Shown here: positions 38,606 through 49,073 of the stretch, piece by piece
Layout of the letters: every line of letters starts with the position of its first letter
How positions within the stretch are numbered: the first letter of the stretch is position 1
Assembly: GCF_965222475.1 (NCBI RefSeq)
Contig: NZ_CBDCUB010000001.1
Location: 810,982-874,981 of the forward strand
Direction: 5' to 3'
Source: Candidatus Palauibacter sp.
GTDB lineage: Bacteria > Gemmatimonadota > Gemmatimonadetes > Palauibacterales > Palauibacteraceae
DNA length: 64,000 nt
Translations under genes and position numbers: made by a program
The notes under the pieces: model-generated
Seen by the model: only the letters and a program-made list of their open reading frames with translations
Told to the model about the DNA's origin: nothing
Database searches by the model: none

Positions 38606-38895
38606 AGGGCCCAAGCGAGGCGGCGTCACGGCGGCGCGGAGGGGACGGAAGCGGGGCCGCCGTCCCGTGGATCTTTCTCTCCCCCGGGTCCGTACAACGC
38701 TTCGTGTCGATGGCGGTGTCGAAGCCATGATCAGGTGATTTGATAGTTCGTTGAGAGTCTTGCGATAGATACAACGCGCCGCGGCGGGGCGGGATGCAAG
38801 GTCTGCACCCGTCCCGCCGCCGCGATATCGTTGGGGCGCCGTCGAGGGAGGATCGGAGGGCCGGCGGCAGGGAAGAAACATTCGGTGCGAGGCTT

Positions 38896-40128
38896 ATGAA
38901 GGCACGTCACTGGGTCACGTTGATCGTCCTGCTCATCGCCGGCGCCGCCGTGGTCGGCATATTCATGCGGCTGAACGAGAGCGAGGAGGATGGGCCGCTC
39001 ACGTTCGGGGACGCCGCCGCCGATTCCGTCGCCGAGGAGGTGCGGGGGACGGCTTCGGCGGCCGCCTTTGCGACGGATATCTGGCTCCCGGTCGAAGGGG
39101 CCGTGATCCAGCGCGACACCTTCGTCCTCTGGGTCACGGCGAGCGGGCGGGCGGCTTCTCTCCGCTCGGCGCCGCTCCACTCCGAGGTCCAGGGTTCGGT
39201 GGCCACGGTCCCGGTCCAGGAAGGCGAGCAGGTGCGGACGGGACAGCTCCTGGCGCGGATAGACCCGACCCTCTACGAGATCCGCGTTCAGGGGGCCCAG
39301 GCCGCAGTCGACCGTGCGCGGGCTGATTTCGAGGACCGCGTCCTGTTCGACGAGCACCTGGCCGATTCGGCTCGGATGGCGAGGGCCGAGCAGGCGCGCA
39401 TCCGGGCCGGTCTTCCGGCGCAGGAGGCGTCGCTCGCCGAAGCTCGCTATGAACTCGACAAGACCCGGATCGTCGCGCCCTTCGCCGGCCGCGTGGCGAA
39501 CCTCGGTGTCGCGCAGGGCAGCCGGGTCGGCGCGGGCGACTCGATCGCGACGATCGTAGACCTGTCGCAGATCGACATCGACGCCGGAGTGCTGCACTCC
39601 GAACTCCCGCTCATCGAGGTGGGCCGGGAGGCGACCGCCACCTTCCCCGCGCTGCGGGGCGAGGTGTTCCAAGGGGAGGTCGTGAGCGTGAACCCGCTCA
39701 TCGACCCGGAGACGCAGACGGCGCGGGTCACGGTGCGGCTCTCGAACCCCGAAGCCCGAATCGTCCCCGGGATGCCCGGAAGCGTGCGGATCGCGGGCCG
39801 TCAACTCCCCGACCGCACGTTCGTGTCGAAGGACGCCGTCGTCGAACGGAATCGGCGACAGGTCGTGTTCGTGTTCGAACCGAGCGGGCCGGGGGCGGAG
39901 ACCGGGCGCGCACAGTGGGAATACGTGACGCTCGGGCTGGAGAACGACACGGAAGTCGAGATCATCCCCAACCCGGACGGCGAGGACACGTTCGTGCCCG
40001 AGGGCCGAGAAATCGTGCTCGTGGACGGACACGCCACCCTTACCCACGACGCCCAGGTCCGGATCGAGAACCACAGCGACTTGATGGCTGAGGCTGAGCC
40101 GGTCCCGGCTCCGAAGGGTTCCCGATGA
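38896..40128 (+). CDS. RND efflux periplasmic adaptor (membrane fusion protein, HlyD family)
   Basis: Start ATG 38896 (MKARHWVTLIVLLIAGAAVV…). Single TM, coiled-coil hairpin, lipoyl and beta-barrel regions. Its stop overlaps the next gene. Confidence 0.85.
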   Translation: MKARHWVTLIVLLIAGAAVVGIFMRLNESEEDGPLTFGDAAADSVAEEVRGTASAAAFATDIWLPVEGAVIQRDTFVLWVTASGRAASLRSAPLHSEVQGSVATVPVQEGEQVRTGQLLARIDPTLYEIRVQGAQAAVDRARADFEDRVLFDEHLADSARMARAEQARIRAGLPAQEASLAEARYELDKTRIVAPFAGRVANLGVAQGSRVGAGDSIATIVDLSQIDIDAGVLHSELPLIEVGREATATFPALRGEVFQGEVVSVNPLIDPETQTARVTVRLSNPEARIVPGMPGSVRIAGRQLPDRTFVSKDAVVERNRRQVVFVFEPSGPGAETGRAQWEYVTLGLENDTEVEIIPNPDGEDTFVPEGREIVLVDGHATLTHDAQVRIENHSDLMAEAEPVPAPKGSR

Positions 40129-41501
40129 GTCTCGGGTCTCGGCGACGTGGGCGTCGGCTCCTCGCGGGACTCGCGCTGGGGGCCGGATGGCTCGCCGTCG
40201 CGGCGCCCGCGTCGGCCCAGGCGCGCCTCCTCCCGGACACGCTCGACATCACGCGGGCCCTCCGGATCGCTCTCGCCGAGAGTCCGGTCCTGCGCGTGTC
40301 GCAAACACAGGCGGATCAGGCGGGCGCCGACCGGCTCGCGGCGTGGGGGGCTTTCCTTCCGACCGCGACCGTCAACGCCGGACTTAGGCGATCCAGCTTC
40401 TCCCGTACGACCTTCGTCGGCGAGGAAGGCTTGTCGGAGAGCCTCCCTGAAATCCTCACCTCTTCGAGCCAGGGTGCGAGCCAGGGGCTGGACCTGAGTT
40501 GGACGGTGCTGGACGGCGGGAGGCGCTTCGCCGCCCTCTCGCAGTCGCAGGCTAGCCTCCGGGCTGCACATCGACGCTACGACGACCAGCAGCGCGCCGT
40601 GGTCACGGGCGTCCGGCTCGATTTCCTCAATGCCCTGAGGCGCCAGGAGCTTCTCGAACTTACCCGGGCGCAGATTGCCGACCGCGAACTCGAACTCGAT
40701 ATCGCCCGGCGACGATACGCGATCGCGGCCGTGGAGCGGACGGACGTGCTGGGCGCCGAATCGGCCCTTCTGGACGCCCAGATCACGCTTCTGAACGAGC
40801 AGAATCTGCTGCGGATCGGGCTTGAGCAGCTCGTCGTCTCGATGGGTCTCCCTCCCGAGGCGGGCGAGGGCATGGTGCTGGCAGGCGACGAGGGCATGCC
40901 CGAGGGCATGGCGGACATCGAGAGCATCGTGCGTGCGGCCGTCACCTCCGATCCCGAACTCCTTGCACTCGACGCCGACCGGTCCGCGGCGTCGGCGTCA
41001 ATGTGGTCGGCTCGCACCCTCTACCTGCCGAGTATCACCGTCGGTTTCGGCTGGGGGCGGAGCGAGAACTTCGGCCCCGGGGATTCGTTCTGGCAATTCA
41101 GGCCCGGCGACACGGACCATGGTTTCCGTGTGTCGGCCTCCTGGAGCCTGTTCGACCGTTTCAACCGGGAACAGCAGAACGCCCGAGCCTCCGCGGCCAG
41201 GCGGCGGGCGGAGGAGGACTTGCGCCGCCGCCGAATCGAGATCGAGCGCGACGTGAGGCGCTTCGCGGCGGAGATTGAACAGTTGGCGCAGACGCTGGAC
41301 CTGCTGGAACAGAGGTTAGCCCTCTCGCGCGAGCGGCTGGAGATGGAGCAGGAACGGTACAGGAACGGGACCGGGAGCTTCATCGCTCTTCAACAGGCGG
41401 CCGGCGCGGCGAAGGGCGCGGAGACCCAGTTGATCCTGCAGCAGTACGACTACCTGATCTCCTGGTCGAATCTCTCCGAATACCTTGAGGGCGGGCCCTA
41501 A
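40125..41501 (+). CDS. Outer membrane efflux protein (TolC/OprM family)
   Basis: 458 aa with a signal peptide and two repeated OEP halves. It sits between the adaptor and RND genes. Confidence 0.85.
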   Translation: MSLGSRRRGRRLLAGLALGAGWLAVAAPASAQARLLPDTLDITRALRIALAESPVLRVSQTQADQAGADRLAAWGAFLPTATVNAGLRRSSFSRTTFVGEEGLSESLPEILTSSSQGASQGLDLSWTVLDGGRRFAALSQSQASLRAAHRRYDDQQRAVVTGVRLDFLNALRRQELLELTRAQIADRELELDIARRRYAIAAVERTDVLGAESALLDAQITLLNEQNLLRIGLEQLVVSMGLPPEAGEGMVLAGDEGMPEGMADIESIVRAAVTSDPELLALDADRSAASASMWSARTLYLPSITVGFGWGRSENFGPGDSFWQFRPGDTDHGFRVSASWSLFDRFNREQQNARASAARRRAEEDLRRRRIEIERDVRRFAAEIEQLAQTLDLLEQRLALSRERLEMEQERYRNGTGSFIALQQAAGAAKGAETQLILQQYDYLISWSNLSEYLEGGP

Positions 41502-41502
41502 C

Positions 41503-44500
41503 TTGGCGCTCCCCGACCTGTCGCTCCGACGGCCCGTGGCCACGGCGATGCTCTACGTGGGCATCGCGGTGGTCGGCGTGGTGTCGTTCCTCCGGCTCCC
41601 GATCGACCTCCTCCCCGATGTCGCCTTCCCGACGCTGTCGGTGTGGACGACGTATTCGGACGCGGGGCCCGCCGAGGTCGAGCGCTGGGTCACGGAACCC
41701 ATCGAGCAGTCGCTGTATTCGGTCCCGGGGGCGCGGGGCATCTCCTCGCGCTCGCGGGAGGGGCAGTCGCTCGTCCAGCTCGAGTTCGGCTGGGGCACGG
41801 ACATGGAGTTCGCGACCCTTCACACCCGCGAGAACCTGGACAACCTGTCGGAGAACCTTCCCGATGGGGCGGATCGCCCCACGATCCTGAGATCGGACCC
41901 GACCAGCGATCCGATCATGACGCTCGCGGTGAGCGGGGCAGATCTGCGCAGCCTGCGCGACCTCTCGGAGGTCGTGTTCAAGCGTCGGCTCGAGCAGCTC
42001 GACGGGGTGTCGCTGGCGGGGCTGACGGGCGGGCCCGAGCGCGAGCTGCGGGTCATCGTGGATCCCGAGTACCTCGACGTGCACGAGGTCTCGCTCGCGC
42101 AGATATCGGCCGCGCTCGACCAGGCGAACTACAACGCCCCCGGAGGCACGATCCGACGCGGGCGCTTCGAGTACAGCCTGCGCACGCTGGGCCAGTTCCG
42201 GGAGGTGGACGAACTCCTCGAAGTGGTGATCCAGCGGCCGGAACGCGCGACCGGACGTCCGGTGGTCCTCGCGGACGTCGCCACGGTGGTCGATACGATC
42301 GCCGATCTGGAGACGATCGCGCGCTTCAACGGAGCGTCGGCGATCGGACTCCAGGTGTTCAAGGAGGCGGGGACGAACACGGTCCGCGTGGCCGACGCGG
42401 TGCGCGAGACGCTGGACCAGCTGCGCGAGGAGTTCCCGGAGATCTCGATCGAGATCGCCTCCAGCCAGGCGGCCTTCATTCGGGATGCGATCTCGAACGT
42501 CGTCACCGCCCTCCTGTTCGGCGGCGCCCTCGCCTTCCTCGTGCTCTTCCTGTTCCTGCGCGACCCCAGATACCCGCTCGCCATCGGCCTCGCGATCCCG
42601 ATCTCGGTGATGGCGGCGTTCGCCCTCTGCTACGCGTTCGACGTGAGCCTCAACATCATGTCGCTCGGCGGCCTCGCGCTGGGCGTCGGGCTCCTGGTCG
42701 ACAACTCGATCGTCGTGCTGGAGAACATCTTCCGGCACCGCGAGGAGTCCGGGGAGGGAGCGCGGAAATCCGCCGCGCGCGGAGCCCGGGAGGTCGCGGC
42801 GGCGATCACGGCGTCGACGCTGACCACGATCGCCGTGTTCGGGCCGGTGCTCTACGTGGAAGGGGTGGCGGGCGCCCTGTTCGGCGATCTTTCGCTCGCG
42901 GTGACGTTCTCGCTCCTCGCCTCGCTGCTCGTCGCCCTGACGCTCCTGCCCGTGCTGGCCGCGCAGGTGGCGCGACGGCGAGCGGGAGCGGGCGAGGCGC
43001 GCTACTGGGGCGAAATGTCGGCCCCGGAGCGGCGGCCCGAGGCGCCGGAGAGCGCGCGGGCGGGCTTCGTGCGCCGGTGCGCCCGCGCGGTCCGGAACGG
43101 CATGGCCGCGAGCGGGCGCGGGGTGGGGCGCGGGATCGTGTACGTCGTGCGTTCGGTCCGGCTCACCATCGTCGACCTCGCGACGGCGGCCGGGAGGCTC
43201 CTGGCGTGGCTGTTCGGCCCCTTCCTGCGCGCTTTCGAGCGGGGTTTCCTCCGCTTCGCCGCGCGCTACGAGCGGACGCTCGAGTGGGCCCTGGGGCACC
43301 GCCTGGCGATCCTCGCCATCGCCGCGGCCGCCCTCGCCGGCGCGTACGCGATCGCCGGCACATTGCCGCGCGAACTCATGCCGCGCGTGGACGAGCGGCA
43401 GTTCTGGGTCGAGATAAACCTTCCCCAGGGGACTCCGATCCGCACGACGGACGAGGCGGCCGGGGACATGGAGCGCATCCTCCTCGACATGGATGTCGTG
43501 TCGGGCGTCTTCACCCGGGTAGGCCGGAGCCGTGGAAGCGAGCTTGCGGCGCGGGACCTGACGGGACTGAACAACGCGGCCCTCGATGTCCAGTTGGCCG
43601 GATCCGAGCGACCCACGCCGGAGGTGATCGCCGAGTTGCGGCGGCGGCTGGCGGAGAGCGGCTTCGATCCGGCCTTCGTGTCGATCGAGACGGGGCGGGC
43701 GACCTCGCTCGGCCGGGCGCTGGCGATCGGCGAGGCGGACCTCGCGGTCAAGGTGCAGGGTGGGGAGCTGGAGGATCTCGTCCCGGTGGCCGCGGCGATC
43801 GAGACGAGGCTGGAGGGCGTAGGGGTGCTCGCCGACGTGCGCCTGGATTTCCTGCGTACCCAGCCGGAACTGGTGATCGAGGTCAACCGCGAGGTCGCGT
43901 CGCGGCACCAGATCACGGTGACGTCCGTGGCGCAGGCGATCGAGGACTACCTGCGGGGCTCGGAGACGGCCAACGCCTACTCCGTGTTCGCCGACAAGGT
44001 CGATATCCGGGTCACCATCCCGGAGACGGCGCGGCGGGAACTCGCGAACGTCCTCGCGCTACGGTTGGAGGGCGTCCCGATCGGTGAGCTCGTCACGGTC
44101 CGGCAGGGGTTCGGGCCCGTCGAGATCCGCCGGGAGGACCAGAACCGCACGATCCAGGTGCTGGCCGATGTCGCCGTAGGCGGGCTGCGCGCGGCCGTGC
44201 AGGAGGTCGAGGCCGAGATCGCCGACATCCCGCGACCCGCGCTCACGACGGTACGGGTGGGCGGGGAGAACGAGGAGATGCAGAACAGCTTCCGGTCGCT
44301 CACCTTCGCGTTCGGGCTCGCCCTCGCCCTCGTGTTCCTCATCATGGCGGCGCAGTTCGAGTCGCTCGTCCAGCCGCTCGTCGTCCTCACGGCGGTGCCT
44401 CTGGCCGGCATCGGGGCCGTGACCGCATTGTGGCTCGCGGGCGGCGGGCTCAACGCCATGAGCGGAATCGGACTCGTGATCCTCATCGGCATCGTGGTGA

Positions 44501-44916
44501 ACGACGCGATCATCAAGGTCGACTTCATCAACCAGCGGCGACGGGCGGGCCTGCCCAAGCGGGAGGCCATCCTCGAAGCGGGCCGGCTCCGGCTGCGCCC
44601 GATCGTGATGACGACGATCACCACGGTCGTCGGCCTTCTGCCGCTCGCGGCCGGTCTCGGGGCCGGCGCCGACCTGCGCGCCCCGCTGGCCGTGGCGGTC
44701 ATCGGCGGGCTCATCTCGGCGACCTTCCTCACGCTGATCGTCGTGCCGGTCGTGTACTCGCTCATGGTCGAGCCTTCGGTGTCCGTCGATCCGGAACCCG
44801 GGCCGCGGCCCACCGGCCGGGCTCCGGCCGCGACCGAACCGAGATCGGGATACCCGTTGGGCGGGCGTCCCGGACCCGCCGCGCCGGGCATGGCCCGGGG
44901 GAGCGTCGAGCCATGA
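41503..44916 (+). CDS. RND efflux permease (AcrB/MdtB/CzcA superfamily), first of two
   Basis: ~1137 aa with 12 TM segments and two large periplasmic loops. The start is taken at TTG 41503 (ALPDLSLRRPVAT…, the conserved RND N-terminus) with GAGGG upstream. The table ORF start at 41485 overlaps the OEP gene. Confidence 0.82.
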   Translation: MALPDLSLRRPVATAMLYVGIAVVGVVSFLRLPIDLLPDVAFPTLSVWTTYSDAGPAEVERWVTEPIEQSLYSVPGARGISSRSREGQSLVQLEFGWGTDMEFATLHTRENLDNLSENLPDGADRPTILRSDPTSDPIMTLAVSGADLRSLRDLSEVVFKRRLEQLDGVSLAGLTGGPERELRVIVDPEYLDVHEVSLAQISAALDQANYNAPGGTIRRGRFEYSLRTLGQFREVDELLEVVIQRPERATGRPVVLADVATVVDTIADLETIARFNGASAIGLQVFKEAGTNTVRVADAVRETLDQLREEFPEISIEIASSQAAFIRDAISNVVTALLFGGALAFLVLFLFLRDPRYPLAIGLAIPISVMAAFALCYAFDVSLNIMSLGGLALGVGLLVDNSIVVLENIFRHREESGEGARKSAARGAREVAAAITASTLTTIAVFGPVLYVEGVAGALFGDLSLAVTFSLLASLLVALTLLPVLAAQVARRRAGAGEARYWGEMSAPERRPEAPESARAGFVRRCARAVRNGMAASGRGVGRGIVYVVRSVRLTIVDLATAAGRLLAWLFGPFLRAFERGFLRFAARYERTLEWALGHRLAILAIAAAALAGAYAIAGTLPRELMPRVDERQFWVEINLPQGTPIRTTDEAAGDMERILLDMDVVSGVFTRVGRSRGSELAARDLTGLNNAALDVQLAGSERPTPEVIAELRRRLAESGFDPAFVSIETGRATSLGRALAIGEADLAVKVQGGELEDLVPVAAAIETRLEGVGVLADVRLDFLRTQPELVIEVNREVASRHQITVTSVAQAIEDYLRGSETANAYSVFADKVDIRVTIPETARRELANVLALRLEGVPIGELVTVRQGFGPVEIRREDQNRTIQVLADVAVGGLRAAVQEVEAEIADIPRPALTTVRVGGENEEMQNSFRSLTFAFGLALALVFLIMAAQFESLVQPLVVLTAVPLAGIGAVTALWLAGGGLNAMSGIGLVILIGIVVNDAIIKVDFINQRRRAGLPKREAILEAGRLRLRPIVMTTITTVVGLLPLAAGLGAGADLRAPLAVAVIGGLISATFLTLIVVPVVYSLMVEPSVSVDPEPGPRPTGRAPAATEPRSGYPLGGRPGPAAPGMARGSVEP

Positions 44917-47900
44917 TCGATCTTGCGATCCGCCGGCCCGTGGCCACGGCCGCGATCTACGTCGCCCTCTTCGCGCTCGGCGTGTGGAGCTTCCGCCTCA
45001 TCCCGGTGGAGGACGTCCCGGACGTCGAGTTCCCGCGCCTCACGATCACCGCCACATGGTCCGGGGCCTCGCCCGAAGCCCTCGAGGCGTTCGTCACCGC
45101 GCCGCTCGAGACGGTCATCCAGCAGGTCGGGGGGGTGGAACGCGTCGTATCGGAGTCCTCCGCCGATCGGCGCGGGACCGGCTCCAGTGCGCGTATCGAC
45201 GTCGAGTTCGAGCGCGAGACGCGCATGGAGTTCGCCCGGCTCGCCCTCGGCGAGCGGATCAACTCGATCCGGGACGAACTCCCGGAAGGCGTGGTTCCGG
45301 ACATATCGCCGTACGTGCCGCAGGAGTTCGCCGAGGAGTCGGAGGAACTCCTCAGCTTCTCGCTGACCGGGCCGTATACCTTCTCGCGACTCGGGGAGAT
45401 CGCCGACGAGGAGATCGCGGCCGCGCTCCGGGGGCTGCCCGGCGTGTCGGCGGTACAGGTGCGGGGTGCCGAGCGCCGGGAGATCGCGATCGAACTCGAC
45501 CGCGGCCGGCTGGAGGCGCTCGGCCTGCGGCCCGAGCTGGTCCGGGGACGGATCCAGGAGCTGTCTACGCCGAGAGCCCCCGGATCCGTGGAACTCGACG
45601 GGCGTCAGCTCGCGATCTCGGTGCGCACGCGGGCGATCGAGGTGTCCGACATCGAGGACATGATCGTCCTCTCGCGCCCCGATGGCCCGGTCCGCGTCGG
45701 CGACCTGGGCCAGGTCCGCGACCAGACGGAAGACCCGTATTCCTTCTGGCGCATCAACGGCCAGCCAACGATTACGCTGGGGGTCTATCGGCAGTCGGGG
45801 ACGAACGTGATTCGCGTGGCCGAGCGCGTGAAGGCCGAGATGGCCGAAATCGCGGAGACTCTGCCCGCCGGCACGCATATCGAACTCCGGCGAGACCAGA
45901 GCGACAACATCCGCGAGCAGATCACGGACCTCCGGCTCCGCGCCATCGCGGCCGCCCTCGTGATCTTCCTCGTGCTCATGCTCTTCCTGCGCTCGCTCGG
46001 GGCCGTGCTCGTCGTGTTCGCCACGATCGGGTTCAGCGTGCTCATCGCGGTGAATTTCCTCTATCTGGGGGGCTTCTCGCTCAACCTGCTCACGCTGGCG
46101 GGACTCGCGTGGGGCTTCGGCCTCGTCGTCGACAACGGCATCGTCGTGCTCGAGAACGTCGAACGACACCGGCGCGGCGGGGCGTCCCCGCCGAAGGCCG
46201 CGAGCCGGGGGGCGCGTCAGGTCGTGCTCCCCGTCATCGCGGCGACGATGACGACCGCGATCGTGCTCGTCCCGTTCCTGTTCCTCCAGGGGGAACTGCG
46301 GGTCTACTACCTGCCGCTCTCCTACGCGGTCGGCTTCTCGATCATCGCCAGCCTGTTCGTCGCGTTCACCTTCGTGCCGGCGCTCGCGGCGAGGGTGACC
46401 CGAATGGGGGGTGCCCGACGCACCCCGGTGGCCCCCCGGACGGCCGCTCCGGGTGCCGAGCCCTTCTATATCCGGGGATATCGGGCCCTGCTCGGCTTCG
46501 GGCTCCGGCACCCCGCCATCGTCGCGCTGGTGTGCCTCGGGAGCCTCGGAGGGAGCTGGTATCTGTTCGACACCCACGTCAGCAAGGGCACGAGGTGGAG
46601 CGGCTTCGGCGGACGGGACACCTACATCCGGATCATCATCGAGTTCCCGCGCGGAGCCGGATTGGACCGCACGGACGAACTCGCGCGCTCGTTCGAGGCG
46701 AAGCTGGCCACGCTGGACGAAGTCGAGCGCTACGACGCGCAGGTCCAGGCGAACTTTGCCCTCATCAATGCGTGGTTCCCGGACGAACTGGAGCTGACCT
46801 CCGTGCCGGTGGCCATCAAGGACCAGATGGTGGCCTACAGTTACGGCTTCTCGGGCGTGGACGTGCGCGTGTACGGGTTCGGCCCCAGCTTCTACGGTGG
46901 CGGGTCCAGTCCGCCCAACTACAGCATCCAGGTCCTCGGCTACAGCTACCTGACGGTCCAGGAGATCGCGGAGGAGCTGGCCTCGCGACTGACCCGCTTC
47001 TCGCGGATCCGCGATGTGGATCCGAACGCGAGCGGCAGTTGGTTCACTCGGGACAAGGAGTTCGAGTACTTCGTCGAGCCGAACCGGGATGAACTGGCGG
47101 CGTACAACATCTCGGTATCGGAGTTGCTCGACTATGTGGCGGCCAATATTCAGGGCCAGCCGCAGAGAAGTCGAATCCGCGTGGGCGGCGAGGAGGTGCA
47201 GTTCGCCGTCAAGCTGGATGGCTATCGGGACTTCGACTTCTTCGACCTCAGCGACCTGCGCGTGCCCGTGGAGGCCGAAGAAGAGGTGCGCCTCGCCGGC
47301 GTAGCGAACGTCGGGCGCAGGGATGTAATGGCGAGCATCCTGCGCGAGGACCAGCAGTACCAGCGCACCGTCGCGTGGGAGTTCCGGGGCCCGCCCAAAC
47401 TCGGGGACCTGGTCCGGGACGAGGTCATCAACGCGATGGAACTCCCGCCCGGGTACCGGATCGAGAAGTCCCGCTACGGTGGCTGGACGACGGAGGAGAC
47501 GACCCAGATGTGGCTCGTCCTCGCGTTCTCGATCCTGCTCATCTACATGGTGACGGCGGGGCTGTTCGAGTCGCTCGCGGCCCCCTTCGTCGTGCTCTTC
47601 TCGCTCCCGTTCGCCCTCATCGGCGTGTTCCTGATCTTCTTCTACACCGACGCGACGTTCACGGACACCGCGTTCATCGGCACGATCATGATGGGCGGGA
47701 TCGTCGTGAACAACGCCATCCTCGTGGTCTATCACATCGGGGCCCTCAGGGAACGTCTGCCCACGATGGACGCGATCGTCCAGGGGACGCTGGAGCGGGT
47801 CCGCCCCATCCTCATGACGACGCTGACGACGGTGTTCGGTCTCCTCCCCCTCGTCCTCTTCGCGTCCTCGCAGGACCAGAACATCTGGAACGCCCTCGCG

Positions 47901-47993
47901 CTCGCCACCATCGGGGGGCTGATCTCGAGTACGTTGTTCGTGCTCGTGGCCATTCCGGTCGCGTATCGTTACATCGTGGCACGCCGGATCTGA
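44913..47993 (+). CDS. RND efflux permease (AcrB/MdtC-like), second of two
   Basis: ATG 44913 (MIDLAIRRPVATAAIYVALF…) overlaps the preceding stop (ATGA). 1026 aa with the same architecture. Confidence 0.88.
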   Translation: MIDLAIRRPVATAAIYVALFALGVWSFRLIPVEDVPDVEFPRLTITATWSGASPEALEAFVTAPLETVIQQVGGVERVVSESSADRRGTGSSARIDVEFERETRMEFARLALGERINSIRDELPEGVVPDISPYVPQEFAEESEELLSFSLTGPYTFSRLGEIADEEIAAALRGLPGVSAVQVRGAERREIAIELDRGRLEALGLRPELVRGRIQELSTPRAPGSVELDGRQLAISVRTRAIEVSDIEDMIVLSRPDGPVRVGDLGQVRDQTEDPYSFWRINGQPTITLGVYRQSGTNVIRVAERVKAEMAEIAETLPAGTHIELRRDQSDNIREQITDLRLRAIAAALVIFLVLMLFLRSLGAVLVVFATIGFSVLIAVNFLYLGGFSLNLLTLAGLAWGFGLVVDNGIVVLENVERHRRGGASPPKAASRGARQVVLPVIAATMTTAIVLVPFLFLQGELRVYYLPLSYAVGFSIIASLFVAFTFVPALAARVTRMGGARRTPVAPRTAAPGAEPFYIRGYRALLGFGLRHPAIVALVCLGSLGGSWYLFDTHVSKGTRWSGFGGRDTYIRIIIEFPRGAGLDRTDELARSFEAKLATLDEVERYDAQVQANFALINAWFPDELELTSVPVAIKDQMVAYSYGFSGVDVRVYGFGPSFYGGGSSPPNYSIQVLGYSYLTVQEIAEELASRLTRFSRIRDVDPNASGSWFTRDKEFEYFVEPNRDELAAYNISVSELLDYVAANIQGQPQRSRIRVGGEEVQFAVKLDGYRDFDFFDLSDLRVPVEAEEEVRLAGVANVGRRDVMASILREDQQYQRTVAWEFRGPPKLGDLVRDEVINAMELPPGYRIEKSRYGGWTTEETTQMWLVLAFSILLIYMVTAGLFESLAAPFVVLFSLPFALIGVFLIFFYTDATFTDTAFIGTIMMGGIVVNNAILVVYHIGALRERLPTMDAIVQGTLERVRPILMTTLTTVFGLLPLVLFASSQDQNIWNALALATIGGLISSTLFVLVAIPVAYRYIVARRI

Positions 47994-48077
47994 CGGCGGT
48001 CGGGCCCTTGCCCGGCCGGACGCATGCGGCTACGAAACACGCGAACACAATCCGATGGGGGTCTCATGGGGGTCGAG

Positions 48078-48751
48078 ATGACACGGTCGTGTCGGTCAAG
48101 GATAGCCTTGCGATTCCTCGGGTGTCTGGTGGCTCTGGGTGGTTGCGACAGGAGATGCGGAAGTGAGCGAATCGCTGGGGGAGCCGGCTTCGGCCGAGCT
48201 GAACATGACGGCGCCGGAGACGTTCCGGGCCCGATTCGAGACTTCGAAGGGGACGTTCGTCGTCGAGGCGCACCGCGCCTGGTCCCCGAACGGGGTGGAC
48301 CGCTTCTACAACCTCGTCCGGAACGGCTTCTTCCACGAGGTGCGTTTCTTCCGCGTCATCGACGGCTTCATGGCGCAGTTCGGGATCAACGGGAGACCCG
48401 GAGATCCAGGGCGCCTGGCGCTCGGCGAACATCCTCGACGATCCCGTCGTGATGGGGAACACGCGCGGGCGGGTGAGCTTCGCCATGGCCGGTCCGGACA
48501 CGCGCAGCACGCAACTCTTCATCAACTTCGGCGATAACTCGCGGCTCGACGAGATAAGTTTCTCGGCCATCGGCGAGGTCGTCGAGGGGATGGAGGTCGT
48601 CGACGCGCTCTACGCCGGCTACGGCGAGGGAGCGCCGAACGGCAACGGCCCGGGCCAGGGAAGGATCCAGGAGGAGGGCAACGCCTACCTGGAGGCGGAT
48701 TTCCCGCTCCTCGACCACATCGAGCGGGCGGTGATCGCCAGTGAGAACTAG
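48078..48751 (+). pseudogene. ppiB: Lipoprotein cyclophilin-type peptidyl-prolyl isomerase, interrupted by two apparent +1 frameshifts
   Basis: Frame 0 has a signal peptide with lipobox (…LVALGGC). Frame +1 has …FVVEAHRAWSPNGVDRFYNLVRNGFFHEVRFFRVIDGFMAQFGING. Frame +2 has DPEIQGAW…NTRGRVSFAMAGPDTRSTQLFINFGDNSRLDE…. The junctions are near 48147-48151 and at AAC-GGG-A|GAC (48391-48395). Confidence 0.55.
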
Positions 48752-48821
48752 CGGGCTGCGCCGAGCGGAACGCGCCGGAGACGACGCAGGACCGCTGAAC
48801 GGCTGAGCGGCGAGCGGACCC

Positions 48822-49052
48822 ATGCGCATCGTCATCGTCGGGGCAGGCCAAGTCGGATTCCACCTGGCTGCGAAGCTGTCGAAGCAGGGGCAGGACGTGA
48901 CCGTCGTCGACGCCGACCCCGAGTACCTCCGCGGCGAGCATCGCGAACATCGGCCCGGGGCGGGGCGGCTCGAGCTGTTCACCGTCCTGCTGCTCTTCCA
49001 CCCCGACTTGTGGCGGCCCCACGGGACGAGGGGCATCTTGCGGCGCGCCTGA
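48822..49052 (+). pseudogene. Remnant of a TrkA-N/Rossmann NAD-binding gene (only ~36 N-terminal residues recognisable)
   Basis: MRIVIVGAGQVGFHLAAKLSKQGQDVTVVDADPEYL is a TrkA-like N-terminus. It then turns into junk and stops 22 nt before the next gene. No continuation is found in any frame. Confidence 0.3.
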
Positions 49053-49073
49053 CCCGGAAGGAGAGGCCGGTCC

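Noticed and set aside
41643-44087. 814-aa + strand alternative-frame ORF inside RND permease 1 (similarly 44984..47092 and 5027..6124)
   Set aside because: Off-frame Arg/Gly-rich translations nested in strongly supported genes.
43977-47735. 1252-aa minus-strand ORF (plus 41380..43908) opposite the RND permeases
   Set aside because: Antisense shadows. The + strand encodes textbook 12-TM RND pumps.
48024-48077. Longer N-terminal extension of the cyclophilin ORF (MRLRNTRTQSDGGLMGVE…)
   Set aside because: A signal peptide plus lipobox begins at the internal Met (48078). The upstream residues have no SD and add a non-signal extension.
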